DNA of 64,000 nucleotides from Plasmodiophora brassicae (Eukaryota): NCBI GenBank assembly GCA_036867785.1, contig CP145413.1, positions 620,001 to 684,000 of the forward strand, read 5' to 3'. Shown piece by piece: positions 23,093 to 34,333 of this stretch (position 1 is its first letter; each line of letters starts with the position of its first letter). The notes under the pieces were generated by a model. It saw only the letters and a program-made list of their open reading frames with translations, ran no database searches and was not told where the DNA came from. The position numbers and the translations under genes were made by a program.

Positions 23093-26075
23093 ATGAGCGC
23101 CGAGACGACGAAGCGGGCTCGGCTGTTCGAGGAGTACCCCGGCGAGCGCTACGATGTGGACCCGTTCGCAGTTCTAGTGGCGAACGCTGGCGTGGGAGGC
23201 GATGAGCGCATGGCGAGGCACGCGGCCAGCGCAATACGTGCCCAACGACAGTCGGCGTTGTTCGTCGATTGGTACTTTTGTACGTTGGCCGTTCCCGATA
23301 GACGACGGGTAATGTACTGATGGAAACCATTGTAGATAATGTACAGGAAACGATACTGGCCGTTGCTGAGCAATGGTTCTGGGCCTCTCTCGAGCCGATA
23401 GCGTCCGCAAGCGTACCCAGTGCCATCATCGACGCGATTTGCATGGCTCTCGATAGCTGTCTTACACATCTTCATCCCCTGCTGTATGCGGTGCAAACCA
23501 TTCATCAGGTTCGTGTATCGCGGCTGACGCCGATGCAAACCTGTAACGCCTAGTGCCACAATAGTTACTTGTCGACCCGAGTGCGGCGAATGAAACGGCA
23601 TTTGTCCAGAACGGCATAAAGCGGTTTTATGATCTCATGCACTCGATCTTCTTCTCGGCGAAGCCAGACTGGTACGCCTAGTTTTGTATGTAGACTTATG
23701 CCAGTTTCACCGACGGTTTGCTCGTAGGTTTCATCCTCTGCTGGTTGCGTTTTTCTCTGCAGAGTTCGACGCCTGGGATGTCGCGCAAGACATGCACGTT
23801 GGGGATCGATTCCGTTCCCACGTATGCCGACAGGTGGGGCGCTTGTCCCTGCGCCATATCACGCCGCGCTGACTCCCCTTTGCAGTTGCACGAGTTGCAG
23901 TGGATGGCGATATTTGAAAGTGGCTACATTACGGCGCTGCTGGAGAAAATCGAGGAGAGAATTCAAAGCCGAGCTGCTGGACAATACCTGGAGCCGGGTG
24001 TGAATCTGCTGTGCGTCTTGCCCTTTTAACGTTGCTGACATCACCCGCAGTTTTGCCTGAAATGCTGCTGTGGCTGGAAACATCAGTCCTTCCTTGGGTT
24101 TCGTTCTTACATGGAACCGACTCGGCATCGTTCCAGCAGTGCGTGACCCGGCTGACCTTTGTCCTCTATGAACAGTTAGTTTCTGCCAATGAAACGTATT
24201 GTCGTCTGCTCTGACTTGCTTCAGACTAGGGGAGCTCCGCATTGGAGAGCTCTTTGACATAATTGCCGACTTTCCTGATTCACAACCTGCCGTCGTGGAC
24301 CTATCGCAATGTATTGCTAAGGCAGACCAGCAAATGTTGCTCATCAAGTAAGGCGTTGAGACCTGCAAACCCGAACCCTGCTCACCATCGGCTTGTTCAA
24401 TCAGGTCACTCCGCGAGGCTTTCCAAAGACGGCTGCTACATCCCGGGGCCAACACGCGTGATATAGTCAGCCAGTTCGTTTCATGCCTTCGTGTCCTTCA
24501 GCTGCTCGACCCGTCTGGCGTGACGTTAAGCTTGGTTGCCGGCCCTGTCTGTGAATATCTTCGGTATATGCCTTCTTTCCCACCTGTTTGCGTTCCTTTG
24601 ATACTCTGCATCAGGTCTCGGCCTGATTCCGTTCGTGTTATCCTCACTGCTTTGACTGACGCCTCCGAGCCTCATGGGCTGCTCTCCGAGTTAGAAAAAT
24701 CGGCTCGATCATCATCACTCTCCTCTACAACTCGTGCCCAAGTCGATGAAGATGAGCCGGCAGACGTGGAATGGCAACCGGAGCCCATTGCTCCATGTAA
24801 CGACCGGATTTCCCCGGTGACTTCTGTTACGTCGACTTGCACGTCTTACGACGTCCTGTCCCAGCTGGCCTCGATTCATGGCCAACCCGACAACCTCGTC
24901 GATGAGTTCAAGGGGCTCCTCGCTGAACGTCTCATGGCCCTTCGCAACTATGATACCGATGTCGAGGTGCATTATCTCGGTCAGTCCCATAGATGACGCT
25001 GCTTGAAAACATTTTCTTACTGCGCCGCCTTCTCCAGAATTGTTCAAGCAGCGATTTGGCGAGTCGCATTTCCATGGCGCCAATGTAATGATTTCCGATA
25101 TATCTCTGTCAAAGAGAATCAACACGAACATCCACAAGACCCTTAATCGTGAAGCGGTTAGATATTGCAATTGTGCATTGGATTGTCTGATGACATTCCC
25201 GTCTCTAGAACTTTCTGAACGGAACCATCATTTCTCGCGAGTTCTGGCCTCATTTGAGCGAGGATGCCTCGGAAGGCGGTCTTCTCCTACCCCGAATTAT
25301 CGTCGAAGCAATGACTGAGTATTCCAAGCATTACGAAGTTCTGAAAGCTCCTCGAGAACTCATCTGGAAGGTATCGAAAGTAGACTTTCGCGTTTCACAA
25401 CCTGGCCTGACTAGGTGATACTCATAGCCCCATCTCGGCAGCTCTGATCTGCAACTGACGTTCCTGGACGGGCGAACAGTTCGCGTATCTGACGTGACGC
25501 CGGAGCACGCCGCTGTCCTGTTTGCATTTGAGAGCATGCCTACTGACAGATGCGTCACTGTCGATGAACTATGTGCAGGCACCCGCATGACAATGCATTC
25601 CGTGCGCAGGCGCCTACAATTCTGGGTCCAGAAGCGTATTCTGCGGCAGAGCGGTCCAAATGAATTTTGTGTCAATGAGCACGCTGCCGATGACGAGTCG
25701 CATGCCACGTATGACAGCGTAATTATCTGTGATGAAGACGATGATCGCGGGGGGACAAACGCGTTCTCTGCTGAAACGGTTTGTATGGCGTCTTCTTCAA
25801 TATTGCATCCCGTGGCTAATGGGGCCGTCTCACAGCAACAACGTGAATCGGCGAAGCTTCTCGAGTCATATATTCTCGGGATACTTCCGAGTTCATTCGG
25901 AGGGTTCACGCTGTCCAGGATTCACTCGATTCTCAGATCAGCGTTCGTGTCCGGCTCAACGAACTATAATCGTAGCGAGGCGGAACTGCACGAGGTCCTT
26001 GAACGTCTTGTTCAGGAGAAGAAATTACAGTGCCTGGACGGCTTGTATAAACAATGCTCAAAGCCAATGCAGTGA
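23093..26075 (+). CDS. ANAPC2: Anaphase-promoting complex subunit 2 (cullin-like), multi-exon
   Basis: RLLHPGANT, WQPEPI, DVLSQLASIHG..LVDEFKGLLAERL, KQRFGESHFHGANVMISDI..SKRIN and a C-terminal winged helix. Confidence 0.9.
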
Positions 26076-26154
26076 AATTTAAACGGATTCATTATTGGAC
26101 GTCATCAGTTTACAGTTTGATGACTCGGCAGGGGCTGTTGAACCAGCTAGGGCA

Positions 26155-27701
26155 TCATGCCGGCAGGCCGAATGCATGGTTGAACTGGACAGGGTCCCGG
26201 TGACGTCTGAGCAGATCGACTACGGGTTTGTAGACGAGATCGGCGGCATCCAGTCCCCATATGAAATCCTACAGGGCCGCTCAGAAAATGGGAATTTGAG
26301 ACCCATAAACAATGCAATACAATGTGATCGTAGTAGGGAATTCCTGTCGAGAAAACGATTTTGGCAGGATCAAGAGCGCTCATGGTCGCCCTAACGTCCA
26401 CTGGATCCGACAAAGCGTCATTCCCCCCAGTGAAGAACGCCATTGGGACCTTGATTCGGCCCAGATCATATGCAGGAGGAGATTCGCTTCCGTATATCTC
26501 GAGGTTCCGGCGCTTTCCAAAGTCATACCGTTTAAACTCCCCTGTCGACGCCATTTGCGACCAGTGTTTCAGGTTGAACACGCTAGTACCCTGAACGGCA
26601 CCCGAATCGTGAGTTGCGAGCAGGCTTCATTGCAATTTCCACGGTGAGCGCTCACTGCTGGATCGTGAGAAGTGTAAACATCGATTCTCGACGTATTCTT
26701 GTTGTGCCACATGTTATGGTCATCCTCACCCATCAAGAAGGTCAGCATGTGCGCACACTCAAGTGCGCCTTCTCCATGGCACAATCTCTGTCGTTCAGGT
26801 TAGTTGTCCGATCCAGGCGTTACACAACAGCGCTGACCTTGCCGAGGAATGTTTCCAACCAGCATTCACGGTTGAAGCTCTTCAAGCGGAACAGGTCGAT
26901 CAGATAGACGACGTCCGCTTCCATAAGCGCTTTCAGGATCTTGGACGACTGATGACCAACGAAAGCAACAGGAGCCAGCCCGATGAACAGGTTAATTTTG
27001 GAGTTCAAGGCAGCCGTTTCAGAGAGGCCGATGAATGCCTGCGTTGTGCCCTACATCCGGTAGACCCATATCAAACGGACAGCGGCGGTGCGATCGCATG
27101 CATGCACAAACCTCGGAATGCCCGACAAACGACAGGGACTCATGGCCCGTGATCCGAAGTACATAATTCACGCACGCCGGCATGTCGAACATTCCCACTG
27201 ACGGCGCCTGTTAAACGCACAAGAGCACGGCAGCAGCGATCGACATCTTACTTTGGTGAAACGAGAATTCCCAGCACTCGTCTGTTTGGCAATTACTCGG
27301 CGAGAGCCGGTTGCCGCGGTTGTTTGGCAGCCAAACATCGAAACCTGCGTCGGCGAGCATGAAAGCGAGGGACTGATTCGGCAGATTCGCGATCCAGCCC
27401 ATTGCGCAATCCAGCAGGCCGTGCTGCAGAATGACCGGAGCGCGCGATTCCTCCAGGTGGTGTTGGTTCCGTCCGCGAGGAATTCGCAGGACGCTCAACG
27501 TGAACCTGTGCGCACACACGCTGAGCAACACTGCATCCGCCGGTGACGCCGTCCAGCGTACCCGTCGTCGGTGTCGACGCGGTGCTCCTCAGCAGGGTAC
27601 CCCCAATACCCAACGACCTGCGCCGGCGTCATGTCGCACTCGGGACAGGAGGCGCTCGCCGCCGCCACGCCCGCCAGCACGACCAGCGGCAGCATCATCA
27701 T
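26155..27701 (-). CDS. Secreted/lysosomal acid lipase (alpha/beta hydrolase), multi-exon
   Basis: Signal peptide, GYPAEEHRVDTDDG, LQHGLLD, LADAGFDVWLPNNRGN, spliced VGHSEG nucleophile elbow, and YDH..DFIWG. Confidence 0.92.
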
Positions 27702-27990
27702 CACGACCCACGCCACCGACCAACTGCAGTCTGCACGCCCCAAAATGACAATGCCCCAAGTTGTGGTGGCGGTAACGGCGAACGCCAACGGCGACTCCCT
27801 CCTCACTCTACCGGCCGGGCAGCCACAGGTAGCGCAGGGTCCTAAAATGGAGCGCTCCTGCCGCCAGTGCCGCCGCTGCCAGACAGACGGCGACGATTCC
27901 GGCAGTCCTGGAAATGGCCGCGGCGGACAATCGCCCAACGTTGAGCTGATGCTGGCAACGTTCGGGACGCGGCGGTGGTCGTCAACGGCC

Positions 27991-29187
27991 ATGAGCGCAC
28001 CGGCTGCGACTGCTGCTGCTGCTGCTGCACCGGCGCGGCTGTACGTGGACGCGCTGAACTTTGGGGGCCAGTTCGTCAGCAGGGACCACTGGAAGCTGAG
28101 CGAAATCACGGACAACGTCGGGCTGTTTGTCGGCGCCGCGAAGCGGTCCAGCATCGAGCTCAAGGTGTTTATCGACGAGACGATCCGGACGGGCGACGCG
28201 CTGCAAAAGTGGCAGAGGCGTCGCGAACGCGAGGTCAGAACGGGGCGGCGCAACGTGCCGCATGGCATGTCGGAATTGGTCGGCGATGCGTTCCGCCAGG
28301 CGGGTGTCGACGTGCACTACTCGGAGGAGCTCGACAACGACGATACGCTCGCATCGTTCGCCCAGGCCGACGGCGCTGCGATCCTCAGTGCTGACCGCGA
28401 TTTCTTCGACTACCGCGATTCGACGTTCGACGTGTACGACGACTTCAACGTCACCGCGTCGCGTGCGTTGGAGCTCCGGCCCGCGCGCGCCAAGGGCCCT
28501 CAGAGGAATTGCAAGGCATTGGTCCTCGATCGATACCCGCAGACCAAGACGACGCCGCAGCGCGTTCATGCAGGGACGACTGTGTACCGACGAGGCGCCC
28601 CGTCGGGGCTTGTCCGCCTCGCGGGCAACCCTCACATCACTGTCCGCCCTCTTCGGCAGGCACTGTACCACGATGTCGGCATTCGCTCGCCCGTTATCGA
28701 AGTGTTCCCGTACTGGGACGACGCGGCTGACTGTGTCAAATGGACGGACGAGGCGGTGCCGCCCGATGGTTCCCTGTCGCACCTGCTGACGACGCCAAAG
28801 GACGCCGTCAAACACTTCTTTGGTCGTGATCTCAGGCCGGCCGGCGTCTCCTGGCTGGACTGGAACAACCACCTCTTCTCGGTGCATGCAATAGTCGCTG
28901 AGCTGTGCGTCGAGCGGATGCGTCCGACATCCCTGCTCGACATCATGAACGAATTCGTGAGGTCGCGGCTCGTGGCGGATGACGTGTCGGATCGGCTGGC
29001 CAGCCTGGCGAGCCTGGCAATATCATCGCAGCCCGTCTACAAATTCACCTGCGCCGCATGCCAAGCGTTCCAAAGGCTCAAACAATCAGAAGTGGACTGG
29101 TTCACCTCAAGGCGTCTGGAGCTTCCCAAAACCTGCAAGTCGTGTCGTAGTAAGAACGGGCGACGCAGGCATAAAGGCAGGACTTGA
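27991..29187 (+). CDS. PIN/FEN-like nuclease-fold protein with a C-terminal CxxC..CxxC zinc ribbon
   Basis: Acidic motifs LYVDALN, VFIDE, DNDDTLA and ILSADRDF. C-terminal FTCAAC..EVDWFTSRRLELPKTCKSCR. Intronless. Confidence 0.65.
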   Translation: MSAPAATAAAAAAPARLYVDALNFGGQFVSRDHWKLSEITDNVGLFVGAAKRSSIELKVFIDETIRTGDALQKWQRRREREVRTGRRNVPHGMSELVGDAFRQAGVDVHYSEELDNDDTLASFAQADGAAILSADRDFFDYRDSTFDVYDDFNVTASRALELRPARAKGPQRNCKALVLDRYPQTKTTPQRVHAGTTVYRRGAPSGLVRLAGNPHITVRPLRQALYHDVGIRSPVIEVFPYWDDAADCVKWTDEAVPPDGSLSHLLTTPKDAVKHFFGRDLRPAGVSWLDWNNHLFSVHAIVAELCVERMRPTSLLDIMNEFVRSRLVADDVSDRLASLASLAISSQPVYKFTCAACQAFQRLKQSEVDWFTSRRLELPKTCKSCRSKNGRRRHKGRT

Positions 29188-30815
29188 ACCGTCACCCTTG
29201 TTCTAGCACATGACAAGAGGTTATGTATCGACACAGTTTATCGACACAGCGACCAGCTCCGACGTGATCGGCTGCACCAGGTGGGGCGTCCTGACGCGCG
29301 ATGAAATTGCCAACAGACGGGGCGTCGCCGCAGCCGGCATGCTGAGTAGAACTTCGACCCCTGGTTTCGAGTAGACCGCTTCTCGTGTCGTTTGGTACTG
29401 AACGCGTCGCCTTTATCTGGCACCCCGAAGAGAGACGTGACTGTTCTTTCTTTGTCAGCTTGAAGAATTGTGACTTTGGATCTCACGTTAAACGGAAGCA
29501 GCTCCTGTCGATAACGTCCTAATTCGCCAACCGACCGGATCAGTAGGATAATGTCACTCGCCGTCATGGTTGCGGGACGATTCGCGGGCACGTGATTGCA
29601 AATGGATCGCGAGGACTTGCAACCTCTTCCATCGTTCAACAGATGGAGACCGCGGGTTACCGGTCCCAAAGCGAACGCACCTGGCAAGCAGAAACCTGGC
29701 CCGTTCGATGAAGCGTGATAACCTTGGAGTCCCAACCGAAGCGAAAGGTTCCGGATGTAGACGGGCTCATCTAGCACCTCATTGATTTCCACGCCAGAAC
29801 GAAGCCACCCGCGAGAATTGCCGCCGGCGGCGGGTGTGAAGATGACGAACTGACGGAATCCAGTGGACGACATAGAATTCAGGGAGATCTGCGTTCGCGA
29901 GGTCGATCACGCCGAGGTGCCGAACGTCATCAATGACAATCAACGTCGGCTCGGATACCAAGGAACTGTCCTTAGAATCGGGGCAAATGTGAACCATGAT
30001 TTGCTGTACTGCTCTTCATAAATGGAATGTAACGCCAACAGGAGTACGATCAACAGATCTAAACCCGCCGCCGCGCTGTCGGCCGGGCGGTCGGATTGGC
30101 GGTGCCGGCCATGAACTATTCGGTTGCGGTCCCGGCCCTCGCACCACTGGCGCAGGACAAGCGGTCGTCGCCGGTTCGTCTGCTGTTGGAGTGGCCCCGA
30201 TGGCTGCCCAGGATATCCTGGACGCTGCCTCGGAGATCGTCGCCCGCAAGCGCCTACGGCTGTCCCACCCTGGCGGGATCACAGCGGAAGAGCTCATCGG
30301 CGCCCATGTTCGGGAGCACGCGATCGTCAGCCAGCATTCGTCAAGAGTGTATCCCGCTGCAGACGCCTCCCGCCTGGTTCGCCCCCGCCATGGTGGCGGA
30401 ATGTTGCCGTTAGCGCCGGTCAGCGCCATCAGCTGCCAACGCGACGCCAGGAACCAGGCGGGGGGCGTCTGCAGCGTGATACACTCTTGACGACTGCTGG
30501 CTGACGATCGCGCGCTCCCGAACATGGGCGCCGGCGAGCTCTTCCGCTGTGATCCCGCCGGGGTGGGACAGCCGTGGGCGCTTGCGGGCGACGACTTCCG
30601 AGGCAGCGTCCAGGAGACTCTGAGCAGCCATCGGGGCGACTCCAGCAGCAGCCGAACCGGCGACGACCGCTTGTCCTCCGCCAGCGGTGCGAGGGCCGGG
30701 ACCGCGACCGAATAGTTCATGACCGGAACCGCCAATCCGCCCGACCGACCGACAGCGCGGCGGCGAGTGTAGATCTGTTGATCGTACTCCTGTTGGCGTT
30801 ACATTCCATTTATAA

Positions 30816-33350
30816 AGTTTCATTACTGGTTGTGGTAGGATGGTAGGAGGGTCACAAAAAATGCGCGCACTGCGCACTTTTGTGACCGCTAAGGCCTATG
30901 TACTTAGCCGGGCGGTGCAAGCAAACCGACGCATTGCCAGCTGGGAACGCAGGTAGGCCCGGAACGAATCATCCAATTTATTGGGCCGGCTCCACACAAC
31001 CGCACCCCTTCGAAAACCGGGAGTGTGAGAAGTTGGCCCCCCACTTGTCGACGAATTCGGGCAACGACGAGGCGCAATGTTCGCGGTAGCACCGCAGTAC
31101 TGGCGTCACGACCTGATTGACGAACGTGCGGGCACGCTCGGTCAGGTCTTTCTTGCTGGCCGGCAGCGACGCCTCGATGGATAGAAGCAGCACAATCTTC
31201 TCCGACGAAGTCGAAAGCTTGGCCAGCTGTGAACGCCCAGGAAGATCGACATTACCGCCTCGCCTCGCGCGCCCCCGGTTGTCATCGTTCGGATCAGGTT
31301 GCGGCAGCGGCGGCGGAGGTGACAATGACGACGCCATCGGCGGTTGGACTGGGGGCGGGGCCGGTGGCTGCTGGATGGCTGGCTGAGATTCCGAATTGTT
31401 GAGTCGTTGGAGAACGACCTGGTTAACCAGCGACATCATCGTCTGTGCCAGCTGGGGCACATGCGTTTGAAGCAGTTGTTCCAATTGTTGAAACGCCGGC
31501 GTCTCAGGGATATCGCGCTCTGCCAGAGAGATGAGCTGCATCAGGGACACGGACGCCGGATCGACCCGGAGCTGTGTCGCGACGTACGTCGATGCCAACC
31601 CGGGTATCGAGCTCGACTGCGGCGGGCACCTGCTATCGAGAGCGATCCGCCGAGCGTTGCGCAGGTTCTCCAGGAAGATCGGCTCCCACTTGGGCGTCAA
31701 CGCCAGCACGTGGCTGTTCGTCCTGCGCGCCCGGGCCAGCAGAGCTTTCGAATCGCGGTAATACAATTCCGCGTTCTTGAGCGTCTTGTGGCGCGCCGCT
31801 TGCCTGATGTGATCGAGGTCGCCACCACCCCAGATGGCGAACAGGTACGCCGTCTTGCGGATCGAGTGCGGGCCGTACCGGTGCATCGTGTCGTCGCCGA
31901 CGACAGGCCTGCAAACACGAACGAACTCGGCGTTGAACTCGTCGTAGGACAATCCATCCGGGAACGATTCGAACGAAGCGGCGCCTCGGTCGATCGCGTC
32001 AAGGTGTTGCTTCGTGCCGAAGACCAACCCGGACTTGATGCGTGTCCGAGACACCAGCGTGAACAACGCCCGGATGGGGCATAGCTTCGGGTGCGAATCA
32101 AGCCGGTACAAGACCAGATTGACGGGACCCTCGGCCTTGGTCCTCTCCGACTTGCCGCAGACCTGCACGACGAGCTGATCGACGCGGTCCAGGTCGTCCT
32201 TGGCCGTCATCTCGAGCAAGAAATCTTCAAGCGCGATGTCGACGATCTCGTCGGCCCGCAGGAACAGGTGGACGCCCAGCAGGATCGACACCCAGGTGGA
32301 ATAGTCTCGGAGGGAGCCAGTCGCAATGAGCTGCCGCCTGATCTCCAGCACCTGGTCAGGCAGCAGAGCGAAGTTACCCTCTGCCTTGTACCCCTGCGTC
32401 TCGCGTTTCACCCATTGCTTGGTGTCGACCGCAACTTGACTCAGCACAGGATTGCCGCGCCGCCACAGACGTGGCTGTCCGACGTGATGAAAGCAGCCGA
32501 AAGACTGATTCGATCTCGAGAACGTCGCCCAGCATGTGTCGCAAGAATCATCATGCTGTCCAACATGCCGGCCGCAGGCACTCGCTTGACGCGCCGCCTG
32601 GAACGCGTCCCAGCAGGCGTTGCACGCGTCTTCAAAGTTGCCACGTTGATCGCGCGCCGCATGCACCGCCGTAACGGCCGACTCGAACTGCTCCACGTTG
32701 CCAGGGCCATTCCACCCGCCTTGGCAGACGACAGGCTGCCCACGCCGATCCAGGACGGGCACGCCCGAGGCATCGACAAGCGGCGTCCCCTGGACGCCCC
32801 TCTTGAACCGAACAAAGTTCGATAAGGTCTTCGCACTCATTGACGGGCAGTGGTCAGATGGCGCATCGTCCTGCAGGACAAGCAGGCTGTCGTAGTCACC
32901 GACCAGGCAACAGTAGTACCTTAGTCCACGTATGTGCTTGCCGTAGGCATGCACCGAGTTCTTGGCCAGGGGCTTGCTCCCGGTGACAGGGCGGCTCGCT
33001 CCTTCCGAGACGCGAAGGCGGCGACGAACCAGGCCCAAACCGACAACGGCGTCCGCCCATAACTCGGCGGGGACATGGTACTTGGCCCGGTTGCTGACAC
33101 GGAACTGGGCCGCTGTGCGCGTTCGTTGCCCTCCAGACGATCGTGATCGACCCATGACGTCGTCGACAATGCGGTGTGGAAACCTGCGTGGGGATGCGTG
33201 CGGCGGTGCGCTTGGTTGTACTGGGAGGGGGTGGCGGCGCCGTCTGGTAGGATCCGTGGGTGCGGTAGGATCCGTGGTAGGACCCTGGTAGGACCGTTGG
33301 TAGGGACGATACACGGCGTATTTTGAGGTAGTATATAGTTATAAGTACAG
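30816..33350 (-). mobile_element. Crypton-like tyrosine-recombinase DNA element (~2.5 kb, no terminal inverted repeats)
   Basis: Present in the right arm of the fold-back and absent from the left arm. AG at both junctions, GGTAGGA repeats at both ends, and a single YR ORF. Confidence 0.8.
30978..33155 (-). CDS. Tyrosine recombinase (~725 aa from ATG 33155), intact and intronless
   Basis: Catalytic residues in order: LFLRADE (R), GKSE (K), LCPIRAL, GPHSIRKTA (HxxR), ARHKT (H) and LYYRD (Y). Confidence 0.9.
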   Translation of the reverse strand: MGRSRSSGGQRTRTAAQFRVSNRAKYHVPAELWADAVVGLGLVRRRLRVSEGASRPVTGSKPLAKNSVHAYGKHIRGLRYYCCLVGDYDSLLVLQDDAPSDHCPSMSAKTLSNFVRFKRGVQGTPLVDASGVPVLDRRGQPVVCQGGWNGPGNVEQFESAVTAVHAARDQRGNFEDACNACWDAFQAARQASACGRHVGQHDDSCDTCWATFSRSNQSFGCFHHVGQPRLWRRGNPVLSQVAVDTKQWVKRETQGYKAEGNFALLPDQVLEIRRQLIATGSLRDYSTWVSILLGVHLFLRADEIVDIALEDFLLEMTAKDDLDRVDQLVVQVCGKSERTKAEGPVNLVLYRLDSHPKLCPIRALFTLVSRTRIKSGLVFGTKQHLDAIDRGAASFESFPDGLSYDEFNAEFVRVCRPVVGDDTMHRYGPHSIRKTAYLFAIWGGGDLDHIRQAARHKTLKNAELYYRDSKALLARARRTNSHVLALTPKWEPIFLENLRNARRIALDSRCPPQSSSIPGLASTYVATQLRVDPASVSLMQLISLAERDIPETPAFQQLEQLLQTHVPQLAQTMMSLVNQVVLQRLNNSESQPAIQQPPAPPPVQPPMASSLSPPPPLPQPDPNDDNRGRARRGGNVDLPGRSQLAKLSTSSEKIVLLLSIEASLPASKKDLTERARTFVNQVVTPVLRCYREHCASSLPEFVDKWGANFSHSRFSKGCGCVEPAQ

Positions 33351-34050
33351 AGCAGTACAGCAAATCATGGTTCACATTTGCCCCGATTCTAAGGCCAGTT
33401 CCTTGGTATCCGATCCGACGTTGATTGTCATTGATGACGTTCGGCACCTGGACGTGATCGACCTCGCGGCTCGCGAACACAGGTCTCCCTGAATTCAATG
33501 TCGTCCACTGGATTCCGTCAGTTCGTCATCTTCACACCCGCCGCCGGCAGCAATTCTCGCGGGTGGCTTCGTTCTGGCGTGTAAATCAATGAGGTGCTAG
33601 AGGAGCCCGTGGGCTTCATCGAACGGGCCAGGTTTCTGCTTGGCAGCTGCGTTCGCTCTGGGAGCGGCAACCCGCGGTCTCCTCCTGTTGAACAATGGAA
33701 GAGGTTGCAGGTCTTCGCGGTCCATTTCTAATCACGTGCTTGCGCTCAAGGTAGGCCGCATACGATTCCAGCAGTACAGACTCGCCCATACAGCGTGATC
33801 AGGGGCCCTATCCTACTGATCCGGTAGCCACCACAGAGCTGGAGGTTCGCGTGACATCGGTTGGAGAATTAGAACGTTATCGACACGAGCTGCTTGATCT
33901 GTTTAACGTGACGAAACAATTTGAGGGCATGTGTTTGGAAATGGATATGTCTTTCCTCGCGAGACCATTTCACATTACATTCCCAGGTCCCAACACTTCA
34001 AGTTGCCACGATCTTGAGCGCCATGGCTCGGCTGGTTTGACTTGAAACGT

Positions 34051-34198
34051 GTAGCTTCGACAGAATACACGAAGAGAATGTTGCGATGTAGCTTCGACAG
34101 AATACACGAAGAGAATGTTGCGATGTAGCTTCGACAGGATACACGAAGAGAATGTTGCGATGTAGCTTCGACAGAATACACAAAGAGAATGTTGCGAT
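34051..34198. repeat. 4 x 37-bp tandem minisatellite (GTAGCTTCGACAGAATACACGAAGAGAATGTTGCGAT)
   Basis: Units start at 34051, 34088, 34125 and 34162. Near-identical, no spacers. Confidence 0.95.
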
Positions 34199-34333
34199 CA
34201 GCAGAGGAGATACGTGACGGCGTTGATAATCAATAAAGCGGAGTATGCGGTGAATCGAAACAATCGGCTTCGCAATCGTGATCTTGGCGTGGTCAGGCCC
34301 GTTGGAGGGGGTTGCGCCCACTGGGCGCGCGCT

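Larger units (their letters stand above)
29480..33911. repeat. Fold-back inverted duplication: left arm ~29480-30380, 70-bp spacer, right arm 30451-30817 plus 33349-~33911 (interrupted by the YR element)
   Basis: 30018-30380 is the reverse complement of 30451-30811. 29480-30015 is the reverse complement of 33349-33911, with substitutions and indels. Confidence 0.9.

Noticed and set aside
30978-33155. Prophage or bacterial contamination
   Set aside because: No other phage genes are present, and the element is embedded among intron-containing eukaryotic genes with matching flanks.
29480-33911. DIRS-type YR retrotransposon with inverted terminal repeats
   Set aside because: There is no gag, RT or RNase H ORF. 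The inverted arms join seamlessly in the left copy, which fits a target site better than element termini.
34051-34198. CRISPR array (37-bp repeats)
   Set aside because: The repeats are contiguous with no unique spacers, there are no cas genes, and the context is eukaryotic.
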